NCBI GenBank assembly: GCA_000697455.1
Contig: JNET01029301.1
Span: 1-64,000, forward strand
Origin: Basidiobolus heterosporus B8920
Lineage: Eukaryota
DNA: 64,000 bases
Reading direction: 5' to 3'
Of the stretch, positions 51,906-62,292 are shown in pieces. How positions within the stretch are numbered: position 1 is the first letter of the stretch; every line of letters begins with the position of its first letter. The translations under genes were made by a program, and so were the position numbers. The notes below the pieces were generated by a model. The model saw only the letters and a program-made list of their open reading frames with translations. It had not been told where the DNA came from and ran no database searches.

Positions 51906-54436
51906 ATGTCGTATTTACCTTACTCCTCAAAAAGTAAAGCCTCCTCTGGTTTGGCTGCTTTAGACTTGGAGCAACCTAGCACTTCAAGAGCAGCCAACAC
52001 CAGACCTACTCCTAGGACTCTTCATTTGGGCCAAACCCCTACACCACCTACTTCCCCTTTTACCAACCCCCTTGATCAATATGCCCAACAACAGATATAT
52101 GCTGATAAAAGTACTCGTTTACTTGGCTTGATTCGTAATGCTCAAGGGTTGGTAGAAGAATTACGGTGTACGAATCAAAATCGTCGGACTATTCAATACC
52201 CTTGGCTTACTAGTGAAGGCCAAAAACGTCCAATAAGACGTAACCAAACATACAGAGGGGAGCAAGGAAGCAAACCTTCGGTCGCACCACTTCGTAGAAC
52301 TCGTTCGAATTCTTCTTCTGATGCGCCAACCACTATCACTGACAGAGCTGAATCGGCTCTTAGTGTTTTAAAGCTCGACGTCAAACTTGGTACCCAAACC
52401 TCGCTAGATGTTAGTAAACTAGAGGATTCTTCTATCTCCAGACTCTTAGACGAGCGTTTTGGTCATGCCTTGACCCACTTGAACAAGCTTTATGCTAGAA
52501 TCTCGGATACTAGCTCTAAAATGCTGGTCACAGGTGATTTGAATGCGGGAAAAAGTACCCTTGTGAATGCCCTTTTAAAACGCGAAGTCGTCCCTGCTGA
52601 CCAACAGCCTTGTACTTCCCTCTTCTGCGAGGTCCTAGATGCTGAGATGAATGGTGGAGTTGAAGAGGTTCACGGTATCATCGATGCCTCGAAGTATGAT
52701 AGGAATGATCCCTCTACATATACTAAAATTGACTTAAGGCACCTCGAGAATACCGTTCTCGACGATTATGAAGTATACACAATGCTTAAAGTTTATTGTA
52801 CTGACAGACGTGAAGCTAAGGAAAGTCTGCTTCATAATGGAATAGTCGACATTGCACTTATTGACTCACCTGGTTTGAATCGGGACTCCATTAAAACCAC
52901 GGCTCTATTTGCTCGCCAAGAGGAAATTGATGTTGTGGTGTTTGTTGTCAGCGCAGAAAACCACTTTACCCTATCGGTAGGTGTCCATTTTGTACAAAAT
53001 GATGATCTGTAAGTGGAAACTCATGCATTTATTTAAATTAGGGCGAGGAGTTTTTGAGAAGTGCTGGCCGCGAGAAGGAGTATATTTTCATTGTCGTCAA
53101 CCGGTTCGATAATATCCGTGATAAAGCCAGATGCCGTCGTCAGATATTAGAACAGATCAAAGAAATATCACCTCGCACATACGAGGATGCAGAGGATTTT
53201 GTCCACTTTGTTAGTGCTAGTAATTGCTTAAATTCGGAGGAAACCCCCGAAGAGTTTGCTCAACTGGAGCAAAGCTTGCGCTCATTTGCTTTAGAAAAGC
53301 GCGCCAAATCTAAACTAGCCCCTGCTAAGCTTTTCTTGAAAAACATCTTCAGCGACATTAGTTTATTAGCATCATATAACCAAGAAAAGGCTGATGAAGA
53401 TTTGGCGGAAGCTACCAAAAGTCTGGAGGAAAACAAGCCTGCCTATGAAGAGATTATCAACCGTAGTCAGCGCATTATCAATGATGCTGACAGAATATTG
53501 GAGGATGTCTGTAGCTACATTGATCTCCACTCTCGTTCCAAGATTAACAATGCAATTGAAACCTTGGAAGAATTCTCCTCAGTCGTTGAATGGAAGGGAC
53601 TCCTACATGTATGGCAGTTCGCACAGCAAGTCAAGAATACTATGGTTAACTTTGTCGAGAATAGAGTGACCGAATGTGAGATCAAGGCCAAAGAACGCAC
53701 TTCAGTTGGCCTTCAAAGATTGGATAAGCTTGGATCAAACAAGCACCTAGATCAGTCACAGTCTGACATTGACATCGAATCACTATTCTGCGTCCCTAGT
53801 CCTACCAAGAAGCTGGACATCCAAGTCGAAATTACCGACTTGGTTGATTTAAGAGAGAAATTCAACATGATGACTTTATCCCTCGGCTCAGCAGGAATGC
53901 TTCTCGGGAAATACATCGGCTATCAAAAGGTGTTCTCCAGTTTCCTGGATATGGGCAACTCCATCGGACTTCAACCCAGGCGTTGGGGATGGCTTAGTGT
54001 TGTAGTTGGTAAGACACTCTTGTGATATTTCTTTGTGGAAAATAAGGTACTAATGTACGTATATGATTGTATAGGTGCCGGAGCTGTTTATTTCATCATA
54101 TCTGATATGCGATATGTCGTGGAACGTAAGATTGCCAACAAGATCCGTGACAACGTGCGCAAGACCAACTACGTTCACAATCAAGTCCAGCGCATTACTA
54201 AGGAGAGTAGAAATATCCTCAGAATGTCTTCATGGGACCTACAAACACGTTTCCAAAACGCCGTCAAGGCTCAAGAAGAACAACGCCAGCAGCAAACTAA
54301 CAAACAAAGAGCAGCCATTGAAGCCAAAGAATACTTCAATTCTCTATCGAAGAAGGTTGTTACATTGAACAGTGCTGTAAATGCCATCGATACTGAGGAA
54401 TGTAAGATCGTTGCTTCTCATGATATGTTGTATTGA
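51906..54436 (+). CDS. FZO1: Mitofusin (dynamin-related GTPase), 3 exons
   Basis: GDLNAGKST, DQQPCT, DSPGLNRD, RQEEIDVVVFVVSAENHFTLS, VNRFD, KRAKSKLAPAK. Confidence 0.95.
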
Positions 54437-55340
54437 AACCGAACCTATTCCAAATTGATTCCTTCACTCAATCATGAGTAAGCACAGTCTTCTTATAGTT
54501 ATCTAGGAACAAGACCAGCTATACACATTGCCACCATTAACATCGTACCTATCCTCCATATTGTGTTTGTATTTGCTTCTTATTTTTGCATAAATTATTA
54601 TCATCTATCTCCTATCTTTATTTCTTTTTGCTGGCAAATGTAAACAAAATAGCTCCTTAGACGTAAGTTCCCTGGAAGGTGAAAGAGAATAGTTCGAACA
54701 AAAGTAGTTGACTCTAGCACTACACTGTAACTTTCACCCGCTTGTTTTGTATTTAACCCGTTGAAGAAACATTCAAAGTCACGTAAATAAATAAATCTTG
54801 ATACATTTCAACTGGTTTAAAAGCGCATTCAAGAGCATTTAATTACACATACATCGTCCGCACCCACAGGATTTCGTGATCTTGGTTAATACACTAGACA
54901 CCGACCCTAAGTAGGCATTGGAATGTAGGGAACATCATATCCCTAACCTGCATGATGAACAAGCGCACAAATCTACACCCACTCCTGGCCTTAGCTTCCC
55001 TAAGCATATATATTCGTACCAGAGAAAATACGGTAATTCAAGGTACTGCATTCAAATAATAATGAATTTATCATTCATTGGCTAGGAGATGGTGATAAGG
55101 CATTATTAAATGAATGTCTTATTGAAAAATGAAAAAAAAACGATTACTGATTTCTCGTGATGAATGTCGCGTGCCCAAAATTAAACTTGCAGATTTGGGA
55201 AATTAACCTAACATAGATTCTAAACAGCTTTATACGTGACTTTGACAACTTGGCGTACCCTTTTTTTATTCCTACCATTTCGAAGACCAACCAACTATTC
55301 AGAACCCAAGTAAAAACGAGATAGTTTCAGACGTTTACTT

Positions 55341-56546
55341 ATGAAAGTCAACACGATCACAAAGAAAGTTCAGCTTGTTACTGAACATGAGATCTTGAAG
55401 GGTGCAAAACCCGTTAGTGGTCACCCCATTCGTAAATGGAAGCTATCTGTGTACGGCTTGGACGAAAATAACGAAAGATGTACGATGGAATATGTAGAGA
55501 AAGTGGAATACATCCTTCACCCAAGTTTCACCAACCCAAAACGAGGTATGTAGACTACTTATTCTTTCTTCCTCAACCTCCCTTAGTTGGTATACCCGTG
55601 AACTTCGCCACCTTCTGTTTAAAATCAGCGAAATGTTTCTTTATCAGTATTGTTTATTTGACTCGCGTGAATAACCAAATACGCGAATGTTTTTTATCCT
55701 CTATCTTTACGGACGCCAAACACCTACGTATCACCTATCCAACTTACACCATTTATTTTTTTAAACGCGAAAAGTTACTTCGAAGCCACCTTATTCTCTA
55801 CAAGAAAAAGGATGGGGCGAGTTCGATATGCAAGTTATCCTTCACTTTGTCGACAAGACTACTTACCCCTTAGAGCATGACCTTAATTTTCGGTCCACTC
55901 ATTATGAGGTGCCACACGTCGTCGTAAGTTGATTTACCAATTTAGAGGGAAAATTCCTTTCTGACTCTGAGTTCCCAGACTTTCAGTAATCCAAAAGGTG
56001 TGCTTCTAAAAGCTTTAGAAGGTGGAAAGGACTCCGAACCAGAGGAGGTCTCTACCCCCGAAAAAAACCCCTCAGCAAAGGGCAAAAGAAACACTACATA
56101 TAAAGCCAAGTCGTCAAGAAAAAAGCCAAAGCCTGACTCCGATATGGTAGTTCCATCATTATCATCTATTTCACCAGAAAAGGACGAGAAGGCTGAGCTG
56201 GTAAGTATTCACAGCCTAAGCTATTCCTGTATCCATCCCTTCTCACTTCAAGCTTATGTTTAGATAAATTGCGAGTTACTTGCTGAAAAGTTATACAAAC
56301 TTTCTGGTACTGATATTCTGGACGTCGTAAACTTTGTCAAAGAACGAAGGAGTAAGAACACTTATGTGAACGAAGATGTTGAGGGTAAACTACTATTGGC
56401 GTTAATCACCGGTTTTCATAGCTAACAACAATTTTCTTTATTCTTTAGGCGAGTTTCATTTTGACCTTTACACCTTGACGGACCCCTGTTTGAAAGATCT
56501 AAATGAATTGGTGGATTCCAAACTCAAGGCACCAGAAACGCGGTGA
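55341..56546 (+). CDS. TAF14: YEATS + ET domain protein (Taf14/Sas5-like)
   Basis: EKVEYILHPSFTNPKRVTSKPPYSLQEKGWGEFDM; C-terminal LAEKLYKL...EGEFHFDLYTL. Confidence 0.9.
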
Positions 56547-57438
56547 ACATGACTTGGTTGTTGCTAGAATATACTTTAAAATCTAACTTAGTTCAATGTG
56601 CTGGAGCCCTCGTGAAAGCTTGTATATAAATTGGTTGCATTTCTTTGTTCTTATGTCTACTTTTTAATTAAGCTTTTTCTTTCCTCGGTTGAAGAGATAA
56701 AGCGACTGACTCTATGAGAAATCCGTTAAGCTTTTTATTGTTTTGTTTATTTCGCTAGAATTCGTTTTTATTGCCCTTATTGCTTCAGTTCTTTTCTTGG
56801 GTTTCCGCCGTTGCACCTAATACAAGGTTGATAGCTTGTCATTTCTCTTCAAAAGGCCAATGAATTAATGAATTTAAAATAAAAGCATCTTTAAATAAGT
56901 TAGAGGGATGAAGACCAGACGAGTACTCGTTATTTCGAAGAACGTTGATAAGATGAGAAGCTGAAGATTTATCAGTCATAGTGCTAGTGATTAATAAAGA
57001 AAAAACTAGGGGAATCCAAGGTAGAATCTCACACTCTCATTAAACAGTTCACAAAATTTTGATCCTTTTTTACTCTGAAACCCTGAATAATCTTGATCTC
57101 TCAATGCCAACCACCAACCAATAGAACCACGAAATTCGCCAACTTCCCTCAGATATAGACTCTGACATTGACTTGGTTACTGTCTCTCTCCGCTACCATA
57201 CCTCTCGAGCACACTCTTGTAGGTAAAGTTTAAGAATTACATTTAGTCGTAGCTCATATTGGTTGGTTTATGTCCCACGTGAACTAATGTAAATGGGAAT
57301 TACAACAACCAGTAATCCGTTAGAATCTCCTTTACATCCATCCTTGCATGCATATAGATCATCATACATTTCATTTCTTTCTATCCGAGCTCGGTATTAA
57401 TCTTTGTCATATTTTTCTTGCAGGTCAGTTAATAAAAG

Positions 57439-57990
57439 ATGGTTAGATACTCTGCCACCCCCGCCAACAGCGCCAAGTCTGCTCAAACTCGTGGTTCTTA
57501 CCTTCGTGTTCACTTCAAGAACACCCGTGAAGCCGCCGCTGCCATCTCTGGCATGAAGTTGGATAAGGCTATCACCTACCTTGAAGACGTTAAGGCCCAC
57601 AAGCAATGCATTCCTTTCCGTAGATTCGCCGGTGGTATTGGCCGTTGTGCCCAAGCCAAGGCTTTCGGTACCACCAAGGGTCGCTGGCCTATTAAGTCAG
57701 CCGAATTCTTGTTGGGTCTTCTCAAGAATGCCCACAGCAATGCTGAAAACAAGGGTTTGGAAACCGAAGCTTTGATCATCAAGCACATCCAAGTCAACCA
57801 AGCTCCCAAGCAACGTAGACGTACTTACCGTGCCCATGGTAGAATCAACCCTTACATGAGCAGCCCTTGCCACATCGAGATCATCGTTGCTGAGGAGGAT
57901 GCTACTGTCAAGCGTGAAGATGACGGAAAGGCCCCCAAGCTCAACAAGCGTCAATTGGCTCGCAAGAGATTGGTCGCTAGCCGTCAATAA
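57439..57990 (+). CDS. RPL17: 60S ribosomal protein L17/uL22; probable 5'UTR intron 57223-57423
   Basis: [43 protein letters not shown]. Confidence 0.98.
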   Translation: MVRYSATPANSAKSAQTRGSYLRVHFKNTREAAAAISGMKLDKAITYLEDVKAHKQCIPFRRFAGGIGRCAQAKAFGTTKGRWPIKSAEFLLGLLKNAHSNAENKGLETEALIIKHIQVNQAPKQRRRTYRAHGRINPYMSSPCHIEIIVAEEDATVKREDDGKAPKLNKRQLARKRLVASRQ

Positions 57991-58150
57991 ATCCTTTCCA
58001 TACAAGTTTATTCTATTTCAATGCATTGAAAATTTGTTGATCTAATAAACTGGTCTTTGCAACAAACCATGTGGGAACTGGAGTCAGGGGATGGATGATA
58101 ATAGATTATTGTACTAGTTTTATTGTATTTCACTTGTGATAAACTTGTTG

Positions 58151-60215
58151 CTAGTCTTTTCTGTTTAATCCGTCAAAATATGGATCTGTTGAATTGTGTT
58201 TAGTTGTATATTGCCATGATTCATGTATATAATTATTCGATATCACTTACGTTGTAACGCATTCTCTGCGCTAATCCTCTTCTCTGGCTGGAGTTCAAGC
58301 AGTTTCTGTGCGCAGGGTTGGGTGGCGTTAGTGATCAGAAGTATCTCAACGAATGGTTCCACTTACATTGATAAGATCAATTCCGAGTGGGTCTAGCTTA
58401 GGTAGGAGTGTTTCTAGTGGGACCTTTTGATACGCAGGGAAATCCTTCTTTTGTTTGTTTCAGCAGTTAGGCTACAATAATCAACCAAAGCTGAGTGATT
58501 AACCTACCTTATAGTCGGGCAGCTGGGAGACCCCGGGCCAAATATCTTCTGTGGGTGTTCCTTGCACTGTAAAATCTCGGTCAAGGTCATATACAACACA
58601 TACACATATATATTGTTAGATTGCTATAGCTCGTAAATGAGCACGCCTGAAAAAGGATATTTGAAGATGCGCATGAGTTGGTCTTTGATGGATGTTCCTG
58701 GGAATAAAGGTCTTCCAGAAGCCATTTCTACATGGGAACAAGCCAAAGGTGAGATGGGTAATATTCAAAATCTCTCGAAATCTCTCGAAATCTCTCGAAA
58801 AAATCCTCCCACCTGCAAAGATACACCCAACAGACCAAACGTCGATGGAGGTGGAGTATTGTCGTGAACCCATTAGAACATCTGGGGCACGGTACCACAG
58901 CGTTACCACTTCATTTGAATAACTCCTTACTGGGATTCCAAAAGCTCTCGCCAGTCCGAAATCCGCCAACTTGAGTTCGTTTTTTTTGTTGATTAATAGA
59001 TTTTGCGGTTTTAAATCCTAGAATCCATAACGACATGTTAATGTGGACTCTTTCCATGGATGTTCATCAAGAAAACCAATTCAGTAGATTAAACGTCAAT
59101 CTCACCCTATGAAGCACCCGATGTTCATGGCAAAATGCAATGCCGAGAAGCAATTGGTACATCAGTTGCTAGAAAGATATGGATGAAAGATCATTATAAG
59201 GCTCAGTTCACGATTTCTCTATCTTTAGGCTCATCTCACATACCTTGATTGTAAATACGTCAATGTCTCCACCATATGTATCCAAGAACTTTTTCAGATC
59301 CGAGTCTAGGTATTCGAAAACTAGCGTGAGTTTTTTCTCGGTATGTAACACATCGTAGAGCCTTCCAGGTGATATACAAAATAAGATGGTGTAGGTAGTA
59401 GCGTTAATACTCGGTGTACGTGCTATGGACACAGTGCCATTTGAAGTCGTAATCCTCACCTAACAATATTTGGATGTTTAAGCTCTTTAAGTAATGATAT
59501 TTCCCTAATGGCTGTGCAGGGGACCTTCAGGGTCGACGCAAAATGTCATAAAACAAGACTGAGGTTAGTTTTGAGGTATCTGTCAAGAGCGTAGAGTCGC
59601 CAAGTATCGAACGACAACGTGTAATACGGGATTCCATATAACTAAAAACCGGTGCCAACGTACCCCCTCCTCTTCATTGTCCAATCGTATCCGTTTCAAG
59701 GCAACCACCTCACTTGTTTCTCGATTTTGCGCTTTGTACACAATGCCGTATGTGCCTATTCGCCGAAGAAGATACAATGAGATCTGTTAGCTACATTAAC
59801 CCAGAATTGATTTCACCTCCACTCAGATTCATCCACTCAATAAAAACCGGGGAACGTACCTTCTCCTAGCTTCTCTATTTTCTATTAAGAATTGTGGAAT
59901 GTTTGTCAATTTAGAGTCAAATGTTTTTAGAAAGGTTGAAACAATTATAAAATTGCGACGATGTAAGGTGAGCACACGAGGAAATTTAAAAAGAGAAAAC
60001 AAAGATTAGTTCTGTAACTGCTTTCCCAAGTGTAGAATTTTTCAAAGTGAAAAGGAATAAAGGGAGAAGGTTCGTGACATGGAGTTTCAAGTCTAGTAAA
60101 CGACCAGACGTACGTATTTTTACCTCAAAGTGACAAAGAATTGGATCGAAAAAGAAACAAATAAAAGAACTTGGATGAAGAAAAAACAATAACTTCATAC
60201 TTGATATTTGTCCAT
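58151..60215 (-). CDS. CDK5: CDK5/Pho85-family cyclin-dependent kinase (PCTAIRE helix), 12 exons, one AT-AC intron
   Basis: [21 protein letters not shown]...[73 protein letters not shown]. Confidence 0.94.
58569..58660 (-). other. U12-type (minor) AT-AC intron in CDK5, 92 nt
   Basis: 5'ss ATATCCTTTT, branch ACCTTGAC ~12 nt from the end, 3'ss TAC; removal gives [20 protein letters not shown]. Confidence 0.95.
58771..58800. repeat. 10-bp tandem repeat (TCTCTCGAAA)x3 inside a CDK5 intron
   Basis: Directly visible. Confidence 0.9.
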
Positions 60216-60571
60216 GTTCGCTTTTTTCCTTTCTCCACCTTATTCTGTATATATGGTCGTCGGTATTTCTCTAAAACACGTTCAAACAGCAAGTAAATAG
60301 AAACGATGACACGGAAAGGAATACTAGAAACTTATCGAATAGTCTAAATCATCGAGATTGTTCAATTCTCCGTGATTAATAAGATTTGTCATACAGAAAA
60401 TAATTAGTGCGTTATAATTTGGGAATGATTCTTAACCTGATTTTCATTACAAATCACTGGTCTCATTATTGGCAGAGTTTATTATGGCTTCAGGGATACT
60501 AAGGGAGATTATGTGTTGACTAGAGTCTACAAGAATATATGATATTCTCCTTGCAAATAAGAATAAATAGT

Positions 60572-61156
60572 TTAAAGCAAATTCCGAACTATGATCGGCA
60601 GGATCAGTCCAAAACTCACAATAGAGAGGCATGGTAGAGCCAGCGTGGCAGTGGACTTTCCGGCAGGTTTGGTGTTCGCGTCTGTGGTGTTTCCGTTATT
60701 GACTCCACTCTTGGCATTCAAAACGGGTGAACCACCGCTAAGGGAATTATCTGAACTGCTGGCTGGCCCTTTAGGTCCGATATATGGAGTACCGGCAGCA
60801 ACATTAGGATTCAGTATAATGAAATATGGGCTATATTTCATATTCGTTCCTGACCCTATTCTGAGAACATACTGGTTTCCTTCAGGGATTTGTGTGGGAA
60901 TGCTCCATTTGTATGTACCAGGTGCGCTGTTGATATTTACGTCAATGGTAAGAACTACCGTAAGATTGTTAGATGGGCCGGACAGCAATTGCAAATCCAC
61001 CTGTGATGGCGTCACGTTAGCTCCACTCTCTTCTTTCCATTTGATATCCTCAGGGCTTCCAGCCTTCCATACGGCACTCACTGGGCTGGTAATGGAAAAA
61101 TCACCCAAGACAACTGACACAAACAACGAGACAAGTAGGCAAAGTGTACGAATCAT
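60572..61156 (-). CDS. Kre9/Knh1-like N-terminal domain, Ser/Thr-rich GPI-anchored cell-wall protein
   Basis: Signal peptide; ITSP...WKAG...IKW...GTYKWSIP...YVLRI...YSPYF; hydrophobic C-terminus. Confidence 0.85.
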   Translation of the reverse strand: MIRTLCLLVSLFVSVVLGDFSITSPVSAVWKAGSPEDIKWKEESGANVTPSQVDLQLLSGPSNNLTVVLTIDVNINSAPGTYKWSIPTQIPEGNQYVLRIGSGTNMKYSPYFIILNPNVAAGTPYIGPKGPASSSDNSLSGGSPVLNAKSGVNNGNTTDANTKPAGKSTATLALPCLSIVSFGLILPIIVRNLL

Positions 61157-61470
61157 AGTGTGACAATAGAGGAATGAAGAATGTGAATGCTTGTGTTTGC
61201 TGATAAAGCGGTCATATTTAAACCTTTACAATAATCACACCCCCCAAATCCCATATACTCCCACCTCCCCCCACCTGTTCATTTGTACTTCAAGAGCAGA
61301 AGTCAGCCATTTCACATTTGGCAAGCGTGCTCTGATGCATAAAATCTGAGAATGGTCTAATCTAATGCAAGGATAATATCTGAGTTTATTCAATCGAGCT
61401 ATGTATAACATATATGGAGAAAAACGGTGGTTTCACAGGGATATATATATATGATGGAGGGTAAACTTGT

Positions 61471-61815
61471 TTAGTGTTCAGGCTTCATATTAGATGGTAG
61501 CTTATCATGCGTATCTTTGTCAATCTTCGCGGAAACATGGGTAGTGTTGACTGCATTAGGAGCATGTACTTCTTCACCACCCTTCTTATACTTGTACTTG
61601 AAGTCGCCGCCATTTGGATCGTCTTGGTTCCATGGGTGAGCATTTTCAGTGGCTAAACGGACGTTTTGATCGGGAACGGCATTATGACCTTTACGGCCCA
61701 ACATGTATCCAACACCTCCAAACACACCAGACATGACCGCAAGCAAAGGGATGTTGCTAGGGTCGATAGAAAGTATTTTTAAGAAAGAGCGACTTCTGGG
61801 AGCGGTACTGGCCAT
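61471..61815 (-). CDS. NDUFA4/B12D (MLRQ)-like small mitochondrial membrane protein
   Basis: PSNIPLLAVM-TM-...NVRL...HPWN...P...FKY pattern resembles NDUFA4 (PSLIPLF...PEPWN...YKF); TATAAATA upstream. Confidence 0.6.
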   Translation of the reverse strand: MASTAPRSRSFLKILSIDPSNIPLLAVMSGVFGGVGYMLGRKGHNAVPDQNVRLATENAHPWNQDDPNGGDFKYKYKKGGEEVHAPNAVNTTHVSAKIDKDTHDKLPSNMKPEH

Positions 61816-62292
61816 AGTATTGGTGGATGAATTCGAAGAAAAGTAAGCTTATTGTCCGGACTACAACTGACGAACATCATATTTATACTACGACTAGGAT
61901 GATTTAGGATGATGTCAGTATTATGCTCTAGCCTGATCACGCTCTATGAACTTTCTATACTCTGACATATCCGAGCCGTCCATATTAATCACGTCATCCA
62001 TTTATTTGTTGTAACTGAACTCCACTTGAACTCCACCTCAATGAAATACTTCACACCACGTCACTTTTTGAGAACGCCTTATTTTTCTCCATATATATAC
62101 TACACACGCTCGATATTCCGCTCAGTGTTTATTAATGAAGGTATTTAGTTAAATAACGAATCACATTCTATGAGACTTTCGTAAAAAGAAAGAAGCGAAA
62201 GCAACGAAAAATCACCCGAATTGAAAAGGTGAGAAATAAAATATTACATGATGATGTTCTAGTGTGCCTGACAGGAGACTATGGGGTTAGGT

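Noticed and set aside
57421..57430. CAG|GTCAGT as a recursive-splicing ratchet site
   Set aside because: Only 15 nt remain before the RPL17 ATG, too short for a second intron.
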